A stretch of 64,000 bases of DNA, from NCBI RefSeq assembly GCF_009914755.1, contig NC_060931.1. One strand, 5' to 3'. Below, in pieces: positions 14,421 to 26,165 of this stretch (its first letter is position 1; each line of letters starts with the position of its first letter). The notes under the pieces were generated by a model. The model saw only the letters and a list, made by a program, of their open reading frames with translations, was not told where the DNA came from and did no database searches. The position numbers and the translations under genes were made by a program. This DNA is from the human T2T-CHM13v2.0 reference genome, Homo sapiens.

Positions 14421-15430
14421 CTGGGCCGCCTCGCTCACTGCTTGTCCCCAGGCGACACCCTGCAAGCGTGCATGTCAATCAAGCAGTGAAAAGACAGTCA
14501 TTGAGCCCTTCCTGGGTGCCCAGCTCACTTCAGGTGTTGTTTAGAACATGAGAAATGATGCTCAAGGGTTTGTCATTTTCGTAAGGCATCAAGTCTTTCC
14601 AATCAAGACAATTTAAAGAGCAATGTCCTAAATGGGAATTCAGGGAAAGAAGAGATTGGAATTAGAGATTGGAATTGGTTGAAGTAGTTGAAAAGGTTTG
14701 GAGGGGGAAACAATGAGATTTACATGATCTTGGAAAGAGGCATAAAATGTGGATCCCTGAGGGAAAACAGGGACATTCCCAACAATGAAAGGTGAGATTC
14801 TTAAAGACCGAGGCGAAGAGAGAGTGGAAAGGGTGGGGCTGCCAGGGTCTTACCCAGCAGAAACAAGAGTCCATGATCCAGAGCAGAGGACCCAGGGTTC
14901 AGTGAGGATTTCAGGTATCTAAGATCCTGTACACGACCTGTTCAGAGGGGACAGAGAGGACCTAAGACATGATCCCAGCACTCAATGAATCAGGACGACT
15001 GGCACTGTCTCTACAAAAAGAAAAGAACATTTTAAAGGCTTTGTAAGAACCTCACCACCCCTTCTTATGATATGAACAATGATATTTTTGTGATAAGACT
15101 GTAATTTTAAAATGTCACCTCCAAGACAAAAGGAAAAAGAAGAGATGAAGTCAGTCAGTCATCAGGGAGAATCTAAAATCTGGCAACTGAAGAACAGACA
15201 CATAGCACAGGAAAGGCTAAATTATCAACCCAGTCAACATCTGTTATCATCTTATAAACATGGAACTATGAGCCCAATAGCTCCCCAGACTGGAGACTGG
15301 AACCCTCTTGAGGTTCCCAAAGTACACAGGGTGCTCAGTTTGTGTTTTGACAGGGAAAAACGACACGTGAATGGATTAAGTTCTAGAACTGGGCTATGTG
15401 AGGGTCCATAAGCTTTCACCACAGAGGAAA

Positions 15431-16130
15431 CAGCAGGCGCCCCTTATCTGTGGTTTCACTTTCCATGGTTTCAGTTACCTATGATCAGCTGCAGTTTGAA
15501 AATAGGTGAGTACAGTACAGTAAGATATTTGGAGAGAGAGAGAAAAAGCCACATTTACTTAACTTCTATTACAACATATTGTTAAAATTGTTCCATTTTA
15601 TTGTGTGTTATTGTTGTTAATCCCTTACTCTGCCTAACTGATGAATTAAACTTTATCATAGGTAGGTATGTGATATGATTTGGCTGTGTCCCCACCCAAA
15701 TCTCATCTTGAATTCCCAAGTGTTGTGGCAGGGACCTGGTGGGAGGTAATTGAATCACGGGGGCAGGTCTTTCCTGTGCTGTTCTCGTGATAGTGAATAA
15801 GTCTCACGAGATTTGGTGGTTTTATAAAGAGGAGTTCCCCTGCACAAGCTCTCTCTCTTTGCCTGCTGCCATCCATGTAAGATGTGACTTGCTCCTCCTT
15901 GCCTTCCGCCATGATTGTGAGGCCTCTCCAGCCACGTGGAACTGTAAGTTCAATTAAACCTCTTCCTTTTGTTAATCGCCCAGTCTCAGGTATGTCTTTA
16001 TCAGCAGTGTGAAAATGGACTAATACAGTATGTATAGGAAGACACATAATATATGTATATAGGGTTTGGTACTATCCAGTTTTAGGCAACCCCTGGGAAT
16101 TTAGAACACATAGCTAGAGAGGGACTTCTG
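15431..16130 (+). mobile_element. MER44A (Tigger7-derived MITE) interrupted by a THE1 LTR
   Basis: Left TIR 'cagcaggcgccccttatc', MER44A body, resumes at 16028, right end 'gagggacttctg'. Confidence 0.9.
15671..16027 (+). mobile_element. THE1A/B solo LTR (MaLR)
   Basis: tgatatgatttggctgtgtccccacccaaatctc ... ggactaataca; perfect 5-bp TSD GTATG (15666-15670, 16028-16032). Confidence 0.96.
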
Positions 16131-16174
16131 CACTTATATGAAACGATCCCCCCTGACTTTAAGTAGAGAAGGAA

Positions 16175-16435
16175 GATGCAGGATAGTGTGTGTAATTTGC
16201 TACAACTTTTATAAAAAAGAATGTATATATGCATATAATTGTATATGAATATATGCATATACAATTTCTCAAGGGATTTGTCTATCTTTATCCACCTGCC
16301 TATCCTCTCTCTAGTTATCTATCTCTCAGCTACCATGAGATGCCTCTGGGAAGGGAGGTTTTTCTTCTTCCCTTCTATCCTTCAGGACATTTTGAGTTTG
16401 TACATATCCACATATTATCTGTTTGAAAAATACCT
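16175..16435 (+). mobile_element. Old L1M 3' end
   Basis: Degraded L1ME/MC-type terminal 3' UTR pattern. Confidence 0.4.
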
Positions 16436-16557
16436 TTTCAAATTTTTGAGAGTCTAGTAGGCTTCTCTTAATCTGGCTGATGTGAAGCCTGCTCACTAAA
16501 GCTGGATATTAATGATCTTCTGGCACTTTTGATGAGTCCAAGCCCTGAACCATAATA

Positions 16558-16902
16558 CAGTGGCTCTCCCTTATTCAACAGAGTTCTGTTGCAAGACCCC
16601 TAGTATATGCCGAAAACCACAGATAGTACCAAACCCTATATATACACACTATGTTTTTTTCTATACATACATACCTATGATAAGGTTGAATTTATAAATT
16701 AGGCACAGTAAGAGATCAGTAATGATAACTAATAATAAAATAGAACAATTATCACAAAATATTGTAATAAAAGTTATGTGAGTGTGACCTCTCTCTCTCT
16801 CTAAATGTATTACTGTACTGTACTTGGCTATTTTCAGACTGGGACTGAGCTCAGGTAACTGAAACCATGGAAAGCAAAACCACAGCTAAGGGGGGACTGC
16901 TG
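16558..16902 (-). mobile_element. MER44A, complete, inverted relative to the copy at 15431
   Basis: TIRs 'cagtggctctcccttattc' and 'ctaaggggggactgctg'; body is the reverse complement of the first copy. Confidence 0.92.
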
Positions 16903-16904
16903 TG

Positions 16905-17360
16905 TGCATCTTAGTTCAGGCTGCAATAACAAAATGCCATAGACTGAGTGGCATAAACAACAGAAATTTATTTCTCTCAATTCTGGAGTCTGAGCATCCA
17001 AGATCAAGGTGTCAGTAAGGTAGGTTTTTATCCTGAGGTCTATTTTTGTGGCTTGTATAATAGGTGGCCACTATCTCATTGTGTGTTCACCTGACCTCAC
17101 CTTGTACAAACTCAGGGAGGTGGGGGTAAAAGACAGAGAAACAAACACAAAGAGAGAAAGAGATGGTGGGGGGGAGTAAAGAGAGGACACTCTCATCTGT
17201 TTCTCTTCTTATAAGGCCATCAATTCTATTGGATCGGGGCCCCATCCTCCTGACCTCATTTGACTGTAATTCCTTCCTTAGAGGCCCCATCTCCAAATAC
17301 AGCCATACTGTGGTTAGGGTCAACAGATGAATTTTTGGGTCAACATGATTCATCCTTAGT
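16905..17360 (-). mobile_element. MLT1A-like solo LTR
   Basis: 'cttagttcaggctgcaataacaaaatgccatagactgagtggcataaacaacagaaatttatttctc...ggccccatctccaaatacag'. Confidence 0.88.
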
Positions 17361-18135
17361 AGTGCACGTAAAGGTACCTCATTGTTTTTAATAACAAAGA
17401 GCATTCCATTGCACTGATGTAATGATTTGTTTTGACTTCCTCTTTGATGTAAAAATTGTTAAATAGAGATGTCTTTAATTTTGAGTGGTAGAGGGTTTTT
17501 TTCATTCGTTTGTTTTGTTTTCTACTTTTACTATTACGTTCTAGTTTCATTTCACTGCAGTCAGAAAAATTTATCTGTGCTATTCCTGCTTTTGCAGAAT
17601 TTTTAAGGTTTTATTGTACCCTAGTATTTTATCATTTGGGGGAAAGATGCACTGTCTCTTTTTAAAGTATAGAACTCAATATGTATTTACGTATCTACCT
17701 CATTTTTTCAAACCACTTTTTCTCCCATAGACCAAGTTCAGGATTTCTCCCTAATGTGCTTCTATTTGTCCTGTAGATTTTGTTTTAGGAACGCTAACAT
17801 TATGACATTAGGTACAAATGTAATTTGGTGCATAACTGTCCCTCTTTGTTTCAGATAATGCTTTGGGCCCAGAATTCAACTTTAATCTTTGTGTCTTTGT
17901 ATTTAAAAATTCATTTTGAGACATTTTGTTTTAGATGCATGTCTTACACACAGTTTATAGTTGACTTTTGTGTTATGACATAATCTAAAAATCTCATTAA
18001 CAGGTGATTTAGCTCACTAACTCTTATGAACACTGCAGTTTATTTTCTTTTATATTTTTGTTAGAGTCTCTGTTTTTAATTCTTTTTTTTTTATTATCTG
18101 CTGGATGGTCTTTGCCTTTGTTGTATCAGTGTGTG

Positions 18136-18511
18136 TGTCTTAGTTCATTTTCTGTTGCATAACAGAATACCATAGATTGGGTAATTTATAAAGAAAATAA
18201 ATTTATATAGCTTACAGTTCTGGAGGCTGGGAAGTCCAAGAGCATGGTGCATGGTGCTGGCATCTGCTGAAGACCTTCTTGCTATGTCATAACACAGTGG
18301 AAGGCATTGCGTGGTGGGAGGGTGAGAGCATGCCTGTCAGCTCAGGTGTCTTCCTCTTCTCTTAAAACCACCAGTCCCATCATGGGGTTCCACCTTGAAG
18401 CCTTTATCTAATCCTAATTACCTCCCAAAGGCCCCACCTCCAATCAACATCTGAATTGAGGGGTTCAGTTTCCAGCACGTGAAGTTTGTGGGACACATTC
18501 AAACCATAGCA
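18136..18511 (-). mobile_element. MST-family solo LTR (MSTD-like)
   Basis: tgtcttagttcattttctgttgc ... ggacacattcaaaccatagca; TSD GTGTG on both sides. Confidence 0.9.
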
Positions 18512-18611
18512 GTGTGTTTCTTCTAATAATTTTAAATGTCTTTAATTTTGTTCTAAAGGTGGCTTTAAGATTATAACTTTATACAATATTCTGAAAACAC
18601 TATTCCATGGA

Positions 18612-18811
18612 CCACTGCTGTCCAGTAGCACTTCCTGCTAAGATGGAGATGTTCAATAACTGTGCAGTCCAGTATGATAGCCCTGGCCAGATGTGACTAT
18701 TGAGCACATGAATAGTGGCTTGTGCAACTAAGAAAGTGATTTTATCTAACTTTACTTGTTTTAATTTAAATAGCCACATGTGTCTCATGGCTTCTATTGT
18801 GAACAGCACAG
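18612..18811 (+). mobile_element. MER3 (hAT-Charlie MITE)
   Basis: 'ctgctgtccagtagcacttcctgctaagatggagatgttc...aatttaaatagccacatgtg...aacagcacag'. Confidence 0.88.
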
Positions 18812-18879
18812 TTTTAGACAATATCCATGGACACCTTACTAACAGCCAAGCACAATGAGGCTTCCACATCTTCCTGATG

Positions 18880-19120
18880 AGAGCCAGGATAGCAGAGTGG
18901 TGAATGGAGTGCAGTCTGGAGTGTGATTGTGTGTGTCCAAACCATCTTCCTCTTCCTCCCTAGCTGAGTCTCTGGGAGGCTTACTTAACTTCCTTGTGCT
19001 CAGTTTCCTCATCTACAAAATGTACCTACTATTGTTTTTGAAAGTAAATAAATTAGTATCCACAATAAAGTAAAACTGACACTGGCATATAATAAATACT
19101 ATTATATAAGCTAATGATAT
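18880..19120 (+). mobile_element. MIR
   Basis: 'ttacttaacttccttgtgctcagtttcctcatctacaaaatg'. Confidence 0.8.
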
Positions 19121-19210
19121 TATCGCTATCCTCATTCTCATTTTCTTCTTACCCTCTACCCAAGTATTCTCATACATCACATAATTTCTTATAATCTTTA
19201 TCATTTAAAC

Positions 19211-19347
19211 TTTTTTTTTTTTGAGGCAAGGTCTCACTCTCTTGCCCAGGATGGAGTACAGTGCTGCAATCACAGCTCACTGCAGCCTCCATCTCTCAGG
19301 CTCAAGTGATCTTCCCACCTCAGCCTCCTGAGTAACGAGGACTACAG
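19211..19347 (-). mobile_element. AluJ right-arm fragment
   Basis: Poly-T followed by 'gaggcaaggtctcactctcttgcccagg...ggctcaagtgatcttcccacctcagcc'. Confidence 0.92.
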
Positions 19348-19501
19348 TTTTGTCATTCATCTCTTTGACTGAAGTTTCTCATCTGCTAGTATCTTTAAGA
19401 ATAATCTTTGGTATGACCCATGGGAATTATATTATCTGAGTTCTTGTATGTCAGAAAAGCAATTGCCTGTCACCTTTCATACCTAAACATTAGTTCAGCT
19501 G

Positions 19502-20313
19502 TGTTCTGCTTATCTGTTGCTGTGTGAAAAACTACCCTAAATTTAGAACCACCCTCATTTTATCGTGTTTAAAAATTCTGGCTGGGCACAGTGGCCCATG
19601 CCTGCAATCCTAGCACTTTGAGAAGCTGAGGTGGGCAGATCACTTGAACCCAGGAGTTCAAGACCAGCCTGTGCAACACAGTGAAACCTCGTCTCTACAA
19701 AAATACAAAAAATTAGCCAGGAGTGATGGCACATGCCTGGAGTCCCAGCTACTTGGAAGGCTGAGGCAGGAGGATCGCCTGAGCCCAGGAAGTCGAAGCT
19801 GCAGTGAGTGGTGACTTTGACACTGCACTCAGCCTGGGCAACAGAGCGAGACCCTATCTTTAAAAAAAAAAAAATCTGTGTGTCAGGAATTCAGAAAAAG
19901 CCCAATGGGGATGACTCTTCTTTGGTCTACAATGTCCTGGACAACCACTGAGATAATTCAAAGGGCTGAGCTGGAGCACCCCGGCTGTGAGTCCATTCCC
20001 AGAATGCTGGCACGTCTGGCCTCTGGGCTGGGCTGGCTGACTGCTGGGCCACGCTGGGGCTGCCTCCCAGAGCACACAGCTGTGGCTTCTCCAGAACAGT
20101 GGCCTTTGGGTAGTGAGCCTGTTTACGCGGGGGCTGTGGCTCCATCCCTGAGTGTTGCCAGGCACAGCTTCATGACCCAGCTCAAGGGACACTTCCACCA
20201 GACTTCATTGTACAAGGAACCACAACCGCCTGCATGCAAGGAGTGGAGAAATAGACCCAATCTCTCAAACAGGGGCATGTCAAAGAATTTGCATATGTCT
20301 TAAAACTGACACA
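19502..20313 (-). mobile_element. MLT1H/F-like solo LTR split by an AluJ
   Basis: Starts 'tgttctgcttatctgttgctgtgtg', resumes 'tctgtgtgtcaggaattcag', ends 'gtcaaagaatttgcatatgtcttaaaactgacaca'. Confidence 0.75.
19580..19874 (+). mobile_element. AluJb
   Basis: Full Alu with J-type 'ggaggatcgcctgagcccagg' and 'gctgcagtgag'. Confidence 0.96.
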
Positions 20314-20547
20314 GGCTTGAAATACATTTTTCTTTTGTTGTGTTTTCATTTCCTGAGTAACTTGTGGGCGTCACCTCACTCCTAACATAGAAAGCTATGC
20401 TAAGAAAGTCTATGGCTGGCCAGATTTTATACCTTCTATTGGTGTCTCCATCTTCTTTCTAGATCCCAAAGTACTCTTTCTTTATATTGAAGTGCAGTAA
20501 TACTTTCAGGCTATCTGGCAGATTGCTCACCATTTGTCTTTTTTTAG

Positions 20548-20881
<334 letters not shown>

Positions 20882-22660
20882 AGAACTAGAAGCCTTGATT
20901 CTTCTAGTTCTGAAACACTTTTTAAAGTATACGTATTTTTAATTTACCTAATAATAATTTTGGTTTTTTCTTCAGTGAGACAGTGATGTGCATCATGGAT
21001 CTTTTTTTCTGTCTTCTCTCATCTTTTCATTTGCATTTCATTTTGCTCACTTTGTCTCAGTCCTATCCTCCATGTTCCTTAGAGTGTTTTTTACAACTAT
21101 TTCTTCTTTCTGAGGCTCCCAATTCAACTTTCCTGCCTATAACAGTTTTATGGTTTTACTCAACTCTTTCCTGAAGTCTGGCAGCCTATAGTTGATTATT
21201 CTCTACAGCTAGACAATATTTCATGAGCTCTTATACCTTGTATTCATATTCTTCTTTTACAGAAGTAAATTCCTTTCTTAGTGTTAAAATTTCATAGTGA
21301 TTTGTTTGCTCACAATTGTTGTTTGCCGTTTAGAAATATTTTACAAATAAGGGCTTTCACTTGCTGTCTGTTCATCCTGTTAACTTAATACACTTCCCTC
21401 TGGTGTTTTAGACCTTTAAGATTATAATTTATTATTGAGCAAGAGGATTAATTCCTAGGTGCCAATGAATGAAGCTACACATGGTAGAAAATTGCAGGCC
21501 TTATCCTAAGCAAGGAGGAGTGCTCCTTACATCTTAGGTTCTCTGTGTGAGTAAATTCATTTAGATTAACTCAGCTCCAGCCAATCAAGACAGGACTGCA
21601 CGGCTGTGCCTAATGTGGAGTTTCTCTCCACCCTGCCTCACCAATATGCTGGGGTTTTTTATTTTTATTTTGTTTTTGTTTTTTACAAATATAGCCCCCT
21701 GCATAATTTCTCAATGTCTCCATGCCTTCTCTGCTTCTTGAGACTTCATGGCAAACTACACCCAGGAAACACCTGCTCTTAGTCCCATCATTTTCTTCCC
21801 TCATTCCAAACAAACAGTTGTTGGTCATCCCCATGGGATAGGTCACTTTCTCTGGAAGGGGTGGTTCTGTCTGCATTTCCTGAGATCTGCAGCTGTGGGT
21901 GTTCTCCCTAAAGTCTTCCTGAGCCCCTCTCTGACCTTCTCTCTCCTTGGCAGCCTTCCCTGTATATTGTGTTTCAGGCTTACAGATGTCTCCTGATTTT
22001 GTTGTGAAGATGGCATTTGCATTTTTTATTCTCATTCTTCTCACTGCTTTTGGGTGATTTTCAACAGGATAAGATGGAAAATGCTGTCTTTACATAGCTA
22101 GTTCTAAACTGGAATCTCTCAATAAATTCTGAATACATTTTTTAAATGCACATGGGCAAAAGGGCAAAAAGGAGATGAGCAGAAGTCTGATCACCTTCGC
22201 GGGGACAAGCAGGCCCAGGCTGAGCTGTGCGGGTGGCAGAGCAGACGCCTCGTGGGTAAGTTTCAGAGAAGGCTTCTCTCCCCTGGGACCAGTGCTTAGG
22301 GAGCAACTGCAGCCCCAGCAGCTCTGCAGAGATCAAGTGCAGCCGCTCAGAGGTTTAAAAATGTGCTGTGATGATCTCACTCCAAAGAGACTAAAAACTG
22401 TATTCTCACAAGAACAAGGGGCCAAATATCAATGTGAACTTGTCGAGGTCTCTCCAAACTGGCAATGATCTAAGATGTCCACCTTCAGCAGTTTTATTTT
22501 CTTTCCTTTTTTATAAAGTTTCTTTTAGAAATAAATTACAACCCTTCTCCGCTTTCTTGGAGTAAAACAAAAAATATTTTCTGCTTTGTTTTGTCCAGCT
22601 AGAAAAGGATGAAAAGTTAAAAATAAATGGATTCAGAAATAAACACACAAGACATCAAGG

Positions 22661-22745
22661 GTGTGTGTGTGCCTGTGTAAGCATGTGTGTGCATGTCTGT
22701 CTGCCTGCACATATGTGTGCACACACATGTCTGTGTCAGTGTGCA
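22661..22745. repeat. Degenerate (TG)n/(CA)n low-complexity tract
   Basis: gtgtgtgtgtgcctgtgtaagcatgtgtgtgcatg... Confidence 0.7.
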
Positions 22746-23034
22746 CGACAGACAAGGGACACCAGCTTGTTTCTGTCTACGTAGTGGCCCTCTCTGACCA
22801 GATCGTGTCCTTCCTGCCCCCATGTGCTCCAGAGGACATCTGTGATGAAAGCACCATTCCATGAGGGAGCCAGGCACTCCGGGGGGTGGTGACGAGGGAC
22901 ACAGCTCCCCAGACAGTGGAGCAAAGGGGTTGGGGCTAGAAAGTGAAGAGTCCTGAATTGCAAGTTAAAGAGAAAGCATCCAGCATGGCTCGTATCTCAC
23001 AGATGTGGAAGAGTAGATGCCATTTTTCTTACTA

Positions 23035-23170
23035 CTTGTCTAATTCTTTCTGTATGACACCTGCACTCTCCATTGTAGAGATGAGAAAACTGAGGCCAGG
23101 AGTCCCCAAGGTCATGCAGGTGACCTTCCCAGGGCTGAGAAATGAGATCTATGCTTCACACTCATCAAGC
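23035..23170 (-). mobile_element. MIR
   Basis: 'ctccattgtagagatgagaaaactgaggccagg...cccaaggtcatgcag'. Confidence 0.78.
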
Positions 23171-23530
23171 TCGTCCCAACCCCACCAAGCCATACGCTCC
23201 TGATGCATAATTAATCATGGGAAATGAATAACTCCATTTCTGTTATTTCTGATTCCCAGATGGCTCAATAATGATTTTTTTCCAAAGGACATATCCACCT
23301 AGGAGATGGGTATTAGCCAGAACATCTAGCCGTCCCTTCTAGACTTACCTTCAGGTAAAACCGAGGCTGGGACTTCAGCACTGCAGAGGAAGACCTTCCC
23401 GTGTAAGGAAACAATGGGAAACAATGTGCCTTCTAAGAGCCGACTATTCTCTGATCGAGTGTGATTCCTCTGAACGTCACACGAAGACCAGGCATCTTGC
23501 AAGGGTCTCATCACAAAATGACCCATTCTG

Positions 23531-23905
<375 letters not shown>

Positions 23906-25259
23906 CTATTAAGAAGTGCCAAGATCTTCTCCAGATTTCACACTATTTTTTTATTCTTTTAGCTGGTGATATAATTTGCATCATTTCTAATTTTTCATAG
24001 AATGTATTCTTTGGAGTCAATTTGTTAAAGAATGGCAGCACAAACAAGGAAAAAAAAAGAAAGAGGAAATAAGAGGTGTCTGTTACTTTCTTTACACTCT
24101 AGTTATTCAACAATAGAGGAAAATGCTAGCAGACACTATCACTCATAAAACATTATGTACAATAAGTGTGTCAGGGAGACCGAGCTGTTGCCGGTGGGAA
24201 TGACAGTCAGGTTGGCTTTGTTTGAGGTGGTTTTTTTCTGGCTGGTTTACTTATTGTGGGGGAAGTGGCAGCCCCAAGCCATCAGGAAGTGTCCACACCC
24301 ATGTTCCTTAAAGATTCTGAACCCGGAGTCCAGAAACCTGAGCTTGAGACCCAGGCTGCTATGGAGGGGCTGGGTGGCCTCTGCGAGGGAGTCCGCCTTG
24401 TTGGTCCTGGCTTTCTTCATCTGAAGACTAGTGGATCCTATTCACCCATCCAATCATCCACAAATGAAAACTAATTGTCCGGGATGTGCTGAGAGTGAGA
24501 CAGGCCCCGTGGCCGCTGCCCCCGTGTGTCTGGGGGTGTAGGGGAGGAGGCGGGAGGGTGAGAGAAAGCAAGCATTTCACACCCGTGGGGTCCTGAGAGG
24601 CTCCCATGTATGAGACGGGAAGGAAGGCACACTCCCCGAAGGCCGTTGCTTTATCACACCCCAAAATTCAAGCAATTTCTTTCCTTAGAAAAGACCCTAC
24701 GTGAACATTCTAGACTCCTGAGAGCTGATCAGAGGAATGGCGGCTGTCCTGAAAGCGGCACCAGCTTTGTCTGGGAAAGTGACCAAAACGCCCCAGGAGT
24801 CGCTGCTTTTACAGTTTCTTCCTGGAACAAAACTGGAAGGAAGAGAAACACTCCTCTTACCATTAGCTACTATAGGGAGAATTGTGGCTTTTTTCACCTA
24901 AAACACAAAATTTAATTGCCTGCAGATTTTTTAAGACCAGGTAGCCCATGTCCATTGTAATCTTACAATAAGCACTGGCATTGAGGTTGCACAGTTGAGT
25001 TTTTGACACAAATTATTTGAAGCCATTTGTATTTCATCTCAGTTGATTCAAGAAATTACAAGTGTCCTAATACTTAGTGACAGAAGCTGACATATCAAAG
25101 GATTCGTGGAACATAAACAAAAAATAAATCACCATTTCACTGCCCCTCCCCAGAACGAAATTCCTCATTTTACAAAGACCATATAATCCTTTCATTTTCA
25201 AACAAATACCACTGCATCATTGTTATTCTAGCATAAGCTAGCATAAATCTTACAGCAAG

Positions 25260-25560
25260 GAGCATGGTTAATGTGCTTTTTAATAGCCCTGCTTGAAGAG
25301 CTCCTGCCTGACATCATACCAGAGCCGCATCGGAGGGGATTACACGTGTCAGCCCCATCAATTGGTGGCAATTGCCACACAAAAGATCTACCTGAGGACT
25401 CACCACAGGAAACTATGCACTATATTTTCCTGCCTTGTAAAAGGAAGAATTAAAAAACAGCTATTAAATTAATTGGCACTAAAAGCATGTAACGGTTATC
25501 TAATCTATTAATTTTGAGTTTAACATTAACTCCAGTGTCTGCTGTGACACGCATTTGACC
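25260..25560. promoter_or_regulatory. Candidate conserved developmental enhancer
   Basis: Abutting/overlapping GGATTA-CACGTG-TGTCAG (25337-25352), 14-bp palindrome GTGGCAATTGCCAC, ATTAAATTAATTGG, TAACGGTTA and TAATCTATTA, in a stretch with no recognised repeat. Confidence 0.45.
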
Positions 25561-26139
25561 CACACAAGGAGCCAGCGCACCGTTCCAGCCTTTGAAGGGA
25601 GACGAGTGGTTGGGGGAAGCCAGAGGGAGATGCCATTCTTTCACTTTGACCTTGTATTCGAAGATTGTATTTGCTTTTAGACAAGTATTGACTTTATGCA
25701 AGGCCGGCCTCGTTGAGCCTGATGTAGCATGTTCCTCCGTAAATTTTAAAGGACTGCAGGTTCAAGAGGCAGCTTTTAACTCTCAGACATTTGAAAAAGT
25801 TAAGGTGATCCCATCATTCTTCAAAGGAGGAGAAAGCATTAGTTTCTAAGTAGGACGGAGGAAGAGGCAGAGTCCCCATGGCTTTTTTTTCCCCATGTTT
25901 CTCTCATTTTTGTTTAATCATAACCACAGAAAAAGCACTGCGACTTTCTGTCTTGCATTTCAGGAACAATGCTCAACTCTAGAAGAAAAATCGTAGCAAT
26001 AAGACTCATGCAATTTGCTCCTACTTTTAGAAGACATGTCCCCAAACAGTCACTATTTAACCCATCAACAGCCTTCAGAAGGACGATGGTGGAAGATTAT
26101 AAAACTCCCTGGAAAATATTTGATGGTCTAAACCATGTA

Positions 26140-26165
26140 AAGGACTTCCTGCTGAGTCACTCGGG
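26140..26165. promoter_or_regulatory. ETS plus NFE2/NRF2-sMAF (AP-1) composite site
   Basis: ACTTCCTG overlapping a perfect TGCTGAGTCAC (26150-26160). Confidence 0.4.

Noticed and set aside
15920-15940. PRDM9 13-mer hotspot motif in the THE1 LTR
   Set aside because: Sequence is CCTCTCCAGCCAC, which breaks CCNCCNTNNCCNC at two positions
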